This document shows positions 43,190 through 53,111 of a stretch of 64,000 nucleotides of DNA, piece by piece. The DNA is taken from the sequence record NZ_CP090684.1, one strand, 5' to 3'. The stretch comes from a plasmid. The number at the start of each line of letters is the position of its first letter. Position 1 is the first letter of the stretch. The translations under genes were made by a program, and so were the position numbers. The notes beneath the pieces are model-generated. The model did no database searches. It saw only the letters and a list, made by a program, of their open reading frames with translations, and had not been told where the DNA came from.

Positions 43190-43950
43190 TGGTACGCGCG
43201 CGGCGCCAGTTCCTCGGCCCTTTCCTAGCGCTCGCTGTATCGGTCGACCAGATTTGGGCCGTCGTCTCGGGTAGAGTGAACTTGACTGGCTCCTCCATAA
43301 CGTCAACGAGCCGATCGTAATGGGCCGACGGCTTCGTCCGCCCTGCTTCGTCGAATTCCGCGAACGCCTTGGCCGACGACGACTGGTTCGGGATCATCAG
43401 CATGCGCATCCAGCCTCAGAGCATGCGCATCCGGTTTACAGCGTTGAACGACTGAGATCCGCCGCCCACCTGCATCACCGCGAGCGTCTTGCCCTGCTTC
43501 GGCCGCACCGCGCCGACCGACGAAGGAATCCAGTCGATCCGTGATTTCATGATGCCGGTCATTGCGCCGTGCCGTTCCGGCGAGCACTACACTATGCCTT
43601 CCGCTCACGTCACCACCCCGCGCAACCCGGCCACCTTCGGGTGGCTCTCGGGTGCAAAATCGGACGAAGGCCGCCCACTTGGATTGAACACGCGTACCCG
43701 GCACCAATCGCTGTGAACGGCGGCGCAGCTTCCTCGACCGGCAAGCAGCTGAACAAGCGTTCATGCAGGGAGCCGTGCAGAAGCACGAGCCGGGGCGGAT
43801 GGGTCGACGGTGGCGTCGGCCGCGCCTTCCGGCACGAGGATCAGCGTGGTGTCGAACTGAGGCGGGTCGTCCAATTGTTCAGACGCGCTTGCCCTCCGCA
43901 TCGGTTACGACTCCGCCGCCTTCCTTGGTGCACGGACCTCTCTGCGGGTA
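43190..43950 (-). pseudogene. Degenerate remnant of the 3' end of a Grx-type arsC plus arsH (frameshifted)
   Basis: Minus-strand ORF 43053..43409 encodes [46 protein letters not shown]. This matches the ArsH C-terminus of the intact gene at 51835..52572 ([46 protein letters not shown]). Several other frames in 43300-43950 match arsC/arsH frames and their antisense, but in broken register. Confidence 0.55.
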
Positions 43951-44054
43951 GGCAATCGTCGGTCAGGTCACCGGTACCGTCCGCGGTCTGCATTAACTAC
44001 CCTGGCTCACTGTCTTCGGAAGGCATGGCGGTCCCCCCTCCCATTGTTTTAACG

Positions 44055-46658
44055 TTACGTGGCAGGCTCAGCTGCCGTGGCACTCTTGTCGAAAGGCTTG
44101 TAGGCCAGCAACCGCAGCGCGTTGGCAACCACGAGCAAGGTAGACCCCTCATGGAAGATGACCGCCGTACCGATGTTCAGCCCTAGCACGGTTGCCGGAA
44201 TCAGCACCGCCACGACGCCAAGACTCATCCACAGGTTCTGCTTGATGACGCGGCTCGTACTTCTCGACAGGCCCACAGCGAACGGCAATTGCGCCAGATC
44301 GTCGGCCATCAGTGCCACGTCGGCGGTCTCCAACGCAACATCGGAGCCTGCGGCACCCATCGCGATGCCCACGGTCGCGTTAGCCATGGCGGGTCCATCA
44401 TTGACGCCGTCTCCCACCATCGCCACCTTGCCGTGCTCGGTGCGCAGTTTCTTGATCTCCTCGACCTTCTGCTCGGGCATAAGGTCTCCTTGGGCCTCGG
44501 TCAGGCCAACGGTTTGCGCAACGGCCTCGGCCACCTTCTGGCTGTCGCCGGAAATCATAATTAGCCGCTCGATGCCGAGTTTCCTGAGTTCGCCCATGAC
44601 TCGGCCAGCGACGGGGCGCGGCGTGTCCATGACGCCGATCACGCCCAGGAAGCGCGCTCCCTTGCGGATGATCATCGTCGTATGTCCGTCGGCGATGAGT
44701 TTCTTGTTGGCCTCGTCGATGTCATCAGGGACGGTTGAATCAGACAGCTCCCTGAACAGAATCGGCTTGCCGATGTGGACAGTCTCGCCCCCTAACTGAG
44801 CCCGGACACCGCGCCCGGTGATGCTTTTGACATCCACAGCCTGCGGCAGATCGGTCTTGTCTCGCAGCCGTTCCTTCGCCCCGTTGACAATCGCCGCGGC
44901 GAGCGGGTGGTCGCTGTGTTCTTCCACCGCCAGCGCCACTGCCAGCAGTTCGTGCTCAGGCACGCCTTGAGCTGGGACCACCTCGGTGAGCTTCGGCTTC
45001 CCCTCGGTCAGCGTGCCGGTCTTGTCAAAGGCAATTGAGGTTAGCGTGCCCAGGTTCTCCAAAGGCCCACCACCCTTGACCAGCACACCGCTCCGCGCGG
45101 CGCGCGCTACGCCGCTGAGAACTGCACTGGGCACTGAGATTGCGAGCGCGCAGGGGCTGGCAGCCACCAACACGGCCATCGCCCTGTAGAAGGTGTGGGA
45201 GAATGGCTCATCGATAACAACACCAGCGCACAGCAGCAGACCGACCAACACCAGCACTGATGGCACGAAGATGCGCTCGAACTTCTCGGTGAACTGCTGT
45301 GTCGGCGAGCGCTGGGCCTCCGCCTCAGTGACCATCTTGATGACGCGCGCCATCGTCGACTGATCGGCCTTTCGGGCGACCATGATATCCATGGCGCCCG
45401 CGCCGTTGATCGTGCCGGCGAAGACGCGGCTCTCAGCCGCTACGCCCTCGAAGCGCCCGATTGTGATTCGGCCATCCTCGACGGGGCGCTTGTCGACTGG
45501 AACACTCTCGCCCGTGACCGGTGCCTGATTGACGCTGGAAGTGCCAACGACCACAACACCGTCCGCAGGCAGCCGCTCGTTGGGCTTCACGACGACGACG
45601 TCGCCTACTTCCAGCTTCTCCAGTGGCACAACCTCCGTCCCGGAATCGCGCCGCACCGTGGCCGTGTCAGGTGCAAGCTTGGTTAAGGCCTCGATGGCAC
45701 GCCGGGCCCTACCCATGGCGTAGTGCTCGAGCGAATGCCCAAGGCTGAAGAGGAACAGCAACAAAGCGCCTTCTCCCCAGGAGCCCAGAGCCGCGGCACC
45801 CGCAGCCGCTACGAGCATGAGCGTGTCGATCTCGAAACGCTTGGCACGCAGGTTCTCGATGGCTTCTTGGATGGTGTAGTAGCCGCCGAAGAAGTACGAA
45901 ACCACGTAGCAGTGGGTGGACAGCCATTCAAGACCGGTGCCGCGTCGCCCCACGAGCCATCCAGCCATCAGGAAGACTCCGGACAAGCAAGCAAAGATCA
46001 GCTCGGTCTTTTCGCCGAACAACCCGCCGTGTCGATGGCTGTGCTCGCCGCCCTCGTCTTTCCCGCAAGTGTGGTTGGCTCGCTGCAGCGCACGGTGGTC
46101 ATTGGCAGCCGCCTTATGCCCTGCCGTGCCGGAATCTGCGGATGCCTTGCAAGAGCGGACCGCCGTGGTCGGCTGAACAGCCGGCGTTGCCCAATTCACA
46201 GAGATATCGAGTAAGGTCAGGCGCTGCGTGAGATCGGACTCGTCAGTGAGGGAACGGTCGTATTCGATGCGGACAACGCCGCTTGGCGATACGTCGGCCT
46301 CAATGATCCCACCGAGTGAGCGCAGCTGCTCAGCAACACGCCTGGTGGCACGCACATGCATCGGCGCATTCACTCGTCCCACAATGTGCGCGAAGCGGCC
46401 CGCCACAGCGAGCCCTTCAGACCGAATCAGCTCACGCAGCCTGCTTAGTGAGATCACGGCGGGGTCGTAGTGCACACACAACTGCGGCTCTCCTTCAGCC
46501 GCGCCAGTGATATGAGCCCCTTCAATGCCAGGCCTGTCCGCCAGCTTGTCTTGCAGGCGGCTCACGCAGCGGTCTTCGGCGCCATATATGTCCGGCAGAA
46601 CCAACGGCAGATCCAGCCGCAGCTTCTGGATGTCGCTCATGAACGGCTCCATTTTCAT
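44055..46658 (-). CDS. PIB-4-type heavy-metal P-type ATPase (CzcP/CoaT-like)
   Basis: DKTGTLT and GDGVNDGPA motifs. SPC rather than CPC in TM6. HEGST in TM8. His-rich stretch ahead of TM1. Start MKMEPF at 46658; the 1008-aa extension to 47081 was rejected. Confidence 0.8.
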   Translation of the reverse strand: MKMEPFMSDIQKLRLDLPLVLPDIYGAEDRCVSRLQDKLADRPGIEGAHITGAAEGEPQLCVHYDPAVISLSRLRELIRSEGLAVAGRFAHIVGRVNAPMHVRATRRVAEQLRSLGGIIEADVSPSGVVRIEYDRSLTDESDLTQRLTLLDISVNWATPAVQPTTAVRSCKASADSGTAGHKAAANDHRALQRANHTCGKDEGGEHSHRHGGLFGEKTELIFACLSGVFLMAGWLVGRRGTGLEWLSTHCYVVSYFFGGYYTIQEAIENLRAKRFEIDTLMLVAAAGAAALGSWGEGALLLFLFSLGHSLEHYAMGRARRAIEALTKLAPDTATVRRDSGTEVVPLEKLEVGDVVVVKPNERLPADGVVVVGTSSVNQAPVTGESVPVDKRPVEDGRITIGRFEGVAAESRVFAGTINGAGAMDIMVARKADQSTMARVIKMVTEAEAQRSPTQQFTEKFERIFVPSVLVLVGLLLCAGVVIDEPFSHTFYRAMAVLVAASPCALAISVPSAVLSGVARAARSGVLVKGGGPLENLGTLTSIAFDKTGTLTEGKPKLTEVVPAQGVPEHELLAVALAVEEHSDHPLAAAIVNGAKERLRDKTDLPQAVDVKSITGRGVRAQLGGETVHIGKPILFRELSDSTVPDDIDEANKKLIADGHTTMIIRKGARFLGVIGVMDTPRPVAGRVMGELRKLGIERLIMISGDSQKVAEAVAQTVGLTEAQGDLMPEQKVEEIKKLRTEHGKVAMVGDGVNDGPAMANATVGIAMGAAGSDVALETADVALMADDLAQLPFAVGLSRSTSRVIKQNLWMSLGVVAVLIPATVLGLNIGTAVIFHEGSTLLVVANALRLLAYKPFDKSATAAEPAT

Positions 46659-46854
46659 ACAAATGGCCAGCCGGCCCGGAAGGTTCACCGGCCACCAGGG
46701 TGCTCCATCAGCAAGAGAGTCTATCAGTCCGTTCCAATCGCCGGCAAATAGCGCCGGCTGCGCTGCCCGAAGCAGATGCTCCGAGCTGAGATCAGGATAC
46801 CAATCAATCAGATAGGGGCCGACGTCGCGCGGGTCAGGACGTGAAATTCGCCAA

Positions 46855-46941
46855 CTTCCATTACGTCCAGTCTCTTCCGGTCCGTGACCCGAACGGGTTA
46901 TGGCGCCCCCCGCGTCTCGTCTAATCCCTCGCTGACAGGTT
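46855..46941 (+). repeat. 87-bp direct repeat, copy 1 (partner at 63164..63250)
   Basis: cttccattacgtccagtctcttccggtccgtgacccgaacgggttatggcgcc...cgcgtctcgtctaatccctcgctgacaggtt. One mismatch in 87 bp between the two copies. Confidence 0.9.
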
Positions 46942-47183
46942 GAAGGTCGGCCGGGATAAGCACTTATGCGAAGGTTCGCATATTCACGAATCCCGGCGGA
47001 CCCTCTACTAACTGTTACACGATGGTAAGTCGTTGTTTTGGTATGCACTTCCACTACGAACAGTTTGCCGCTCGCCAACATCGGAGCGCTCTAATTTTTG
47101 CCGTAGGTGCCCGCATCGCTCGAGTTTGCGCCCGACAAGGGGCCGCGGTTCGACACTATCAAATCCAGGCATTCCAATGCAGG

Positions 47184-47223
47184 GCCGAAATATCGACCGA
47201 TTTCTTTCCTGCTTTCGATATTT
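47184..47223. promoter_or_regulatory. 11-bp inverted repeat cgaaatatcga ... tcgatatttcg upstream of arsR; candidate ArsR operator
   Basis: Perfect 11-bp arms with an 18-nt spacer, ending 17 bp upstream of the arsR ATG. Confidence 0.45.
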
Positions 47224-47239
47224 CGACTACTATTGAAAC

Positions 47240-47575
47240 ATGGAAACAAACCAAACCATTGCCGCCCTCGCGGCACTCGCCCACGAATCCCGGCTCGCCG
47301 TCTTTCGTGCACTCGTGCAAGCGGGGCCGGAGGGCATGCCGGCCGGGCAGATCGCCACGCTGCTGGACGTGCCGCCGTCGTCGCTTTCCTTTCATCTGAA
47401 GGAACTGGCGCATGCACAACTCGTCACCAGCCGCCAGGAAGGCCGCTTCGTCTTCTACTGCGCGAACTTCGCCACGATGAACGGCCTGTTGGCTTACCTC
47501 ACGGAGAACTGCTGCGGCGGCAATCCCTGCTCGCCTGCGGGCGCGTGTTCCCCGGTCAAGGAGCAACACTCATGA
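47240..47575 (+). CDS. arsR: ArsR/SmtB-family metalloregulator
   Basis: HTH region plus a C-terminal Cys cluster (CCGGNPC...C). Confidence 0.8.
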   Translation: METNQTIAALAALAHESRLAVFRALVQAGPEGMPAGQIATLLDVPPSSLSFHLKELAHAQLVTSRQEGRFVFYCANFATMNGLLAYLTENCCGGNPCSPAGACSPVKEQHS

Positions 47576-48051
47576 AGCGCTTCCATGTGCACATCAGCGT
47601 GCCGGATCTCGTTGACAGCATCCGTTTCTATTCGGCGCTGTTCGCCGCTGAGCCGACCGTCGTCAAGAGCGACTACGCGAAATGGATGCTCGACGATCCT
47701 CGCGTCGACTTCGCGATCTCGCAGCGCGGCGCGGCGCCCGGTCTAGATCATCTTGGCGTGCAGGTCGAAAACGATGCCGAGCTGGCGGAGATGCATACGC
47801 GCTTGAACGGCGCCGCGCTGCCGGTCGACGAGCAAATCGGTACGGCGTGCTGCTACGCCCGCTCCGACAAGTACTGGACGGTCGACCCGCAAGGCATCGC
47901 ATGGGAAACGTACCAGACGCTCGGCGACGTCCCCACCTTCGGCGAATCCCGTAACGCGTCGGCGGCTGAATCGAATGCCGACGCTTCTGCTTGCTGTTCC
48001 CCTGCACGCGGCAAGCCGATCGGCGTGCCGGTGAAATCGTCCTGCTGCTGA
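47572..48051 (+). CDS. VOC/glyoxalase-family protein with a vicinal Cys pair, ArsI/CadI-like
   Basis: Glyoxalase fold (HVHISVPDL...HLGVQV). GTACCY carries the Cys-Cys pair. Cys-rich C-terminal tail. ATGA overlap with arsR. Confidence 0.55.
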   Translation: MKRFHVHISVPDLVDSIRFYSALFAAEPTVVKSDYAKWMLDDPRVDFAISQRGAAPGLDHLGVQVENDAELAEMHTRLNGAALPVDEQIGTACCYARSDKYWTVDPQGIAWETYQTLGDVPTFGESRNASAAESNADASACCSPARGKPIGVPVKSSCC

Positions 48052-48060
48052 GGTCCAACC

Positions 48061-48555
48061 ATGAGCGACAAGCCCTACAACGTGCTGTTCATCTGTACCG
48101 GCAATTCCGCCCGATCGATCCTGTCCGAGGGACTGATGAACCGCCTTGGCGAGGGCCGCTTCGTGGCGTACTCGGCGGGCAGTCATCCGAAAGGCGAGGT
48201 GAATCCGTTCGCGCTGCGCGAGCTGGCGCGTTGGCAATTGCCGACCGAAGGCTACCGGAGCAAGAGCTGGGACGAATTCGCGGCACCCGGCGCACCGGCG
48301 CTCGATTTCGTCTTCACCGTGTGCGACAAGGCCACCGGCGAGGTGTGCCCGATCTGGCCCGGTCAACCGATCACCGCACATTGGGGTGTGCCTGACCCGG
48401 CCGACGTCGAGGGCTCCGACGAACAGAAACAGCAGGCCATGCACGACGCCGCGCTGACGTTGAAGCGTCGTATCGACCTGCTGCTGTCATTGCCGCTCGC
48501 CAAACTCGACAACGTCGCACTGCAAAAGTCCCTGACCGAGATCGGGCAAAAGTAA
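48061..48555 (+). CDS. arsC: Arsenate reductase, LMW-PTPase family (thioredoxin-coupled)
   Basis: CTGNSARS P-loop (CX5R). Confidence 0.8.
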   Translation: MSDKPYNVLFICTGNSARSILSEGLMNRLGEGRFVAYSAGSHPKGEVNPFALRELARWQLPTEGYRSKSWDEFAAPGAPALDFVFTVCDKATGEVCPIWPGQPITAHWGVPDPADVEGSDEQKQQAMHDAALTLKRRIDLLLSLPLAKLDNVALQKSLTEIGQK

Positions 48556-48572
48556 CTTTGGATCGTCAACCC

Positions 48573-49067
48573 ATGACCACGAACGTACTGATCCTCTGCA
48601 CCCACAACTCGGCGCGCAGCGTGCTGTCCGAAGGGATGCTCAATCATTGGGCCGCGAAGCTCGGCAAGGACGTCCGCGCATACAGCGCCGGCAGTGCGCC
48701 GAGCGGTCGCCTCAATCCGTTCGCGCTGGAAGCGCTGACGACCGCTGGCGTCGACGTGAGCGGCTACCGCAGCAAGAGCTGGGACGAGTTCGTCGGCGAT
48801 GGTGCGCCGGAGATGCGCGTCGTCATTACGGTGTGCGACAGCGCGGCCGCCGAGACGTGCCCGTACTGGCCCGGCAGCCCCGTCAAAGTGCATTGGGGCT
48901 ACGCCGATCCGTCGAACGCGTTGGGCGGCGACGAAGGCAAGCGACTCGCCTTCGAACTCACGCGCCAGGCGATCGGCTATCGCATGCTGCAGTTGTTGGC
49001 GCTGCCGCTTGATCGCATGAGCAATGCCGAACTCCAGACGGCGTTGACCGAGATCTCGCAAAACTGA
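48573..49067 (+). CDS. arsC: Second LMW-PTPase-family arsenate reductase paralog
   Basis: CTHNSARS P-loop. A TTG at 48558 is an alternative start. Confidence 0.7.
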   Translation: MTTNVLILCTHNSARSVLSEGMLNHWAAKLGKDVRAYSAGSAPSGRLNPFALEALTTAGVDVSGYRSKSWDEFVGDGAPEMRVVITVCDSAAAETCPYWPGSPVKVHWGYADPSNALGGDEGKRLAFELTRQAIGYRMLQLLALPLDRMSNAELQTALTEISQN

Positions 49068-49130
49068 CCATTCGCATGGCGGTCCGCTGAACCGCGCGGC
49101 CGCCGACGACTTCAAGACTGAACCCTATCC

Positions 49131-50204
49131 ATGAACACGTCCAATGTCGCCCCGCCGGGCAAGGCCGTCGCAAAGCCTTCCATCAATTTCTTCGAACGCT
49201 ACCTCACCGTCTGGGTGGCGCTGTGCATCGTCGCCGGCATCACGCTCGGCCAGGTGCTGCCCGGCCTGTTCCAGCAGATCGGGCGGATGGAATATGCCCA
49301 GATCAATCTCCCGGTCGGGCTGCTGATTTGGGTGATGATCATCCCGATGCTGGTCAAGGTCGACTTTGGCGCGCTGCATGAAGTGCGTCAGCACGTCAAA
49401 GGCATCGGCGTCACGCTCGTCGTCAACTGGCTCGTCAAGCCATTTTCGATGGCGTTTCTCGGTTGGTTGTTCATCCGCCATCTGTTCGCGCCGATGCTGC
49501 CGACGGACCAGCTCGACAGCTACATCGCCGGCCTGATCCTGTTGGCCGCAGCACCGTGTACGGCGATGGTGTTCGTGTGGAGTCGACTGACGGGCGGCGA
49601 TCCGCTGTTCACGTTGTCGCAGGTCGCGCTGAACGACAGCATCATGGTGATCGCCTTCGCGCCACTGGTCGGCCTGCTGCTCGGCATGTCCGCAATCACG
49701 GTGCCGTGGGCGACGTTGCTTACGTCCGTCGTGCTCTACATCGTTATCCCGGTGATCATTGCGCAGATCCTGCGTAAGCGGCTGCTCGCGAATGGTCAGG
49801 CTGCATTCGATGCCGCGATGGCGAGGATCGGCCCTTGGTCGATCGCGGCGCTGCTGGCCACGCTTGTGCTGCTGTTCGCGTTCCAGGGCGAAGCGATCCT
49901 GAAGCAGCCTCTGGTGATCGCGCTGCTCGCGGTGCCGATCCTGATTCAAGTGTTCTTCAACTCGGCGCTCGCGTACTGGCTCAACCGCGCCGTAGGCGAG
50001 AAGCACAACATCGCGTGCCCGTCGGCGCTGATCGGCGCATCCAACTTCTTCGAGCTTGCCGTCGCGGCCGCGATCAGCCTGTTCGGTTTCCATTCCGGCG
50101 CGGCACTGGCTACCGTCGTCGGCGTGCTGATCGAGGTGCCGGTCATGCTGTTGGTGGTGCGCATCGTCAACCAGTCGAAGGGCTGGTACGAGTGCCGGAC
50201 CTGA
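49131..50204 (+). CDS. acr3: ACR3-family arsenite efflux permease
   Basis: Ten hydrophobic helices and an ACR3-like N-terminus (FFERYLTVWVALCI). Confidence 0.85.
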   Translation: MNTSNVAPPGKAVAKPSINFFERYLTVWVALCIVAGITLGQVLPGLFQQIGRMEYAQINLPVGLLIWVMIIPMLVKVDFGALHEVRQHVKGIGVTLVVNWLVKPFSMAFLGWLFIRHLFAPMLPTDQLDSYIAGLILLAAAPCTAMVFVWSRLTGGDPLFTLSQVALNDSIMVIAFAPLVGLLLGMSAITVPWATLLTSVVLYIVIPVIIAQILRKRLLANGQAAFDAAMARIGPWSIAALLATLVLLFAFQGEAILKQPLVIALLAVPILIQVFFNSALAYWLNRAVGEKHNIACPSALIGASNFFELAVAAAISLFGFHSGAALATVVGVLIEVPVMLLVVRIVNQSKGWYECRT

Positions 50205-50205
50205 C

Positions 50206-51438
50206 ATGTCCACGCATGCACCCCGCCCGCACGCATGGCTGACGCCGTCGCTCGGGCTGACGCAGATCGTCGGCTGGGGTTCCATGTTTTACGCGTACGG
50301 CGTCCTGATGCAACCGATGCAGGACGAGCTGGGTCTGTCGAAGCCAGTCGTCGTCGGCGCCTATTCGGTGGCGCTGCTGATCTCGGGGCTGTTGTCCACG
50401 TCGGCCGGCAGCATCATCGACCGCGTCGGCGGGCGCGCCCTGATGGCGGGCGGATCGTTGCTGGCGGCGCTGATGCTTGTCTGCTTGTCACGGGTGAATA
50501 ACGTGGTCGGGCTGTATCTCGTGTGGGCCGGCATCGGCGTTGCGATGAGCGCAACTCTCTACCAGCCTGCGTTCACCGTCATCACGCAGATATTCGGTAA
50601 CGACTACCGCCGCGCGATCACGCACCTGACCTTGTTCGGCGGTTTCGCCAGCACGGTGTTCTGGCCGCTGACGCAAACGCTGTTGCAGCACGTCGGATGG
50701 CGCGACACATGGCAGCTCTATGCCGGCGCGAATCTGGCGATCTGCGTGCCCGTGCATGTCGCGCTGCCAAGTCGTTCACACGCACCGCATGGCGTGACGC
50801 CAACGCAAACGGAACAGCCGGCCGCTAACCTTGGCGCTGTCCTGCGCGACCCGGCCTTCTATCTGGTGACCGCGGCGGTCACGCTCAATGCGCTGGTGTT
50901 CGCCGCGATGTCGCTGCACATGATCGCGGTCTTGCAGGCGCATGGCATTTCCGCCGCGAACGCGGCATGGGTGGGGGCGCTGGTTGGGCCGATGCAGGTT
51001 CTCGGCCGCGTGCTGGAAACGACGATCGGCAAACGCGCGAGCACGCGCCAGGTCGGCATGGCCGCGATGGCGTTGCTGCCGCTTTCGCTGGTCCTGCTCT
51101 TTGCGTCCGGGACGTGGCTGCCCGTGTACGTTGTTTTCGCGGCGCTGTATGGCATCGGCAACGGCGTCATGACGATTGTCCGCGGTGCATTGCCTGCGGA
51201 ACTGTACGGGCGAACCGCCTATGGCGCGATCAGCGGGGCGATGGCGACGCCCGTGCAGATTGCCATCGCCGCCGGTCCGTTCGTTGCATCACTCCTGTAT
51301 GTCGCCGGGAACGGCTATCCCGGCACGCTATTGGCCCTGGCCGGCATCGGCGCGACAGGTGCGATCCTGTTCCGCTACGCGATCTTGCATTTGCGCCATC
51401 ACGCTGTCCCTCTATCGAAGCAAGGAATCTCGACATGA
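50206..51438 (+). CDS. MFS transporter within the ars operon (ArsJ/ArsK-like)
   Basis: Twelve TM helices. Start abuts the acr3 stop and the end overlaps the downstream arsC. Confidence 0.65.
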   Translation: MSTHAPRPHAWLTPSLGLTQIVGWGSMFYAYGVLMQPMQDELGLSKPVVVGAYSVALLISGLLSTSAGSIIDRVGGRALMAGGSLLAALMLVCLSRVNNVVGLYLVWAGIGVAMSATLYQPAFTVITQIFGNDYRRAITHLTLFGGFASTVFWPLTQTLLQHVGWRDTWQLYAGANLAICVPVHVALPSRSHAPHGVTPTQTEQPAANLGAVLRDPAFYLVTAAVTLNALVFAAMSLHMIAVLQAHGISAANAAWVGALVGPMQVLGRVLETTIGKRASTRQVGMAAMALLPLSLVLLFASGTWLPVYVVFAALYGIGNGVMTIVRGALPAELYGRTAYGAISGAMATPVQIAIAAGPFVASLLYVAGNGYPGTLLALAGIGATGAILFRYAILHLRHHAVPLSKQGIST

Positions 51439-51857
51439 GCAACATCACGATCTATCACAACCCGGATTGCGGCACGTCGCGCAACGCGCTGGCCCTGATC
51501 CGCAACAGCGGCGAGGAGCCTGTCGTCATCGAGTATCTCAGGACGCCCCCGTCGCGGGAAACGCTGGTCAAGCTGCTGGCCGATGCCGGCCTGACCGTAC
51601 GCGAGTTACTGCGGGAGAAAGGCACGCCTTATGCGGAACTCGGTCTGGGCGATCCGAAGTGGACCGATGAGCAACTGCTCGACTTCATCGGGCAGCATCC
51701 GATCCTGATGAACCGGCCGATCGTGGTTACGCCGATCGGCACGAAGCTATGCCGGCCGTCCGAAGCCGTGCTGGATATCCTGCCGAACCCGCAGACGGGG
51801 CCTTTCACCAAGGAAGATGGCGAAGTCGTGATCGATGCGGAGGGCAAGCGTGTCTGA
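51435..51857 (+). CDS. arsC: Arsenate reductase, glutaredoxin-coupled ArsC/Spx family
   Basis: [19 protein letters not shown] carries the catalytic Cys in the CGTSR context. Confidence 0.8.
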   Translation: MSNITIYHNPDCGTSRNALALIRNSGEEPVVIEYLRTPPSRETLVKLLADAGLTVRELLREKGTPYAELGLGDPKWTDEQLLDFIGQHPILMNRPIVVTPIGTKLCRPSEAVLDILPNPQTGPFTKEDGEVVIDAEGKRV

Positions 51858-52572
51858 GCAATTGAACGACATGCCGCAGCTCGACGCCACGCTGTTCCGC
51901 GTGCCGGACGCCGCTCAATTGCGGCCGGCGACACCGTCGACGCATCCGCCTCGACTCCTGCTTCTGTACGGCTCGCTGCGCGAGCGTTCGTTCAGCCGTC
52001 TGCTGGTCGAGGAAGCCGAGCATTTGCTCACGGCGATGGGGGCCGAAGTCCGTGTGTTCAATCCGAGCGGCTTGCCGCTGCCCGATGATGCGCCGGAAAG
52101 CCATCCGAAGGTGGTCGAGCTGCGCGAGCTGGTGATATGGTCGGAAGGCATGGTGTGGTGCTCGCCGGAACGACACGGCGCGATGACGGGGATCATGAAA
52201 TCGCAGATCGACTGGATTCCGTTGTCGGTCGGCGCAGTCCGGCCGACGCAGGGCAAGACGCTTGCGGTGATGCAAGTCAGCGGCGGTTCGCAGTCGTTCA
52301 ACGCCGTGAACCAGATGCGCGTGCTCGGACGCTGGATGCGCATGCTGACCATCCCGAACCAGTCGTCGGTGGCCAAGGCGTTCGCGGAATTCGACGAAGC
52401 GGGTCGGATGAAACCATCGCCCTACTACGATCGTGTTGTCGATGTCATGGAAGAGCTGGTCAAGTTCACTCTGCTGACCCGAGATATCGGCCCGTATCTG
52501 GTCGACCGGTACAGCGAGCGAAAGGAAAGCGCCGAGGAACTGTCGAAGCGCGTGAACCAGCGAAGTATCTAG
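51835..52572 (+). CDS. arsH: ArsH, NADPH-dependent FMN reductase
   Basis: Flavodoxin-like fold with [14 protein letters not shown]. The start is ambiguous: ATG at 51835 or GTG at 51850. Confidence 0.8.
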   Translation: MRRASVSEQLNDMPQLDATLFRVPDAAQLRPATPSTHPPRLLLLYGSLRERSFSRLLVEEAEHLLTAMGAEVRVFNPSGLPLPDDAPESHPKVVELRELVIWSEGMVWCSPERHGAMTGIMKSQIDWIPLSVGAVRPTQGKTLAVMQVSGGSQSFNAVNQMRVLGRWMRMLTIPNQSSVAKAFAEFDEAGRMKPSPYYDRVVDVMEELVKFTLLTRDIGPYLVDRYSERKESAEELSKRVNQRSI

Positions 52573-52593
52573 AATCCGGTCCAAGGAGTAAGG

Positions 52594-53022
52594 ATGGAGA
52601 TCCGCCCCGCCACTGTCGACGACCTAGCGTCGATCGAAACGCTGCTGCGTCAATGTGGCCTTCCCGTCGTTGGCGTCAGCGACCACTTGCGGAACTTCGT
52701 AGTCGCGACGGAAGGTTCAATGATGTGCGGATGCGGTGGCCTTGAGCACTATGGTGACGCCGCACTTGTGCGCTCTATTGCGGTAGCTGAACGTGCACGC
52801 GATTCTGGTCCGGGGCAACGTATCGTGTCGCGGCTCGTCGCCGAGTGTCATGCGCTACAAGTTCGGTCGCTTGTGCTGCTCACCACGACCGCGGAGCACT
52901 ATTTCACCCGTCTAGGGTTCGTGCGCGTTGCGCGTGGCGACGTAATGCCCTTGGTGTTGGCGTCGAGCCAATTCCAAGGCGTATGTCCGGGATCGGCCGT
53001 CTCGATGTTGCGAGTTCTGTAG
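52594..53022 (+). CDS. arsN: GNAT N-acetyltransferase, ars-associated (ArsN2-like)
   Basis: Acetyl-CoA-binding fold. It is the last gene of the ars operon. Confidence 0.6.
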   Translation: MEIRPATVDDLASIETLLRQCGLPVVGVSDHLRNFVVATEGSMMCGCGGLEHYGDAALVRSIAVAERARDSGPGQRIVSRLVAECHALQVRSLVLLTTTAEHYFTRLGFVRVARGDVMPLVLASSQFQGVCPGSAVSMLRVL

Positions 53023-53111
53023 CCATTGACGGGAGCACCAAGGGATCGGTCCGACAAGGGGGATCTGCTTGCCTTCGATGCGATTTACCGGTGGTCGCCC
53101 CCGGTCAAAGA

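Noticed and set aside
46659-47081. N-terminal extension making the P-type ATPase 1008 aa
   Set aside because: The upstream 141 codons are low-complexity and overlap the divergent arsR promoter region and the 87-bp repeat. The internal ATGs at 46658 and 46652 give a protein that begins before the His-rich/TM1 region, as expected for a PIB pump.
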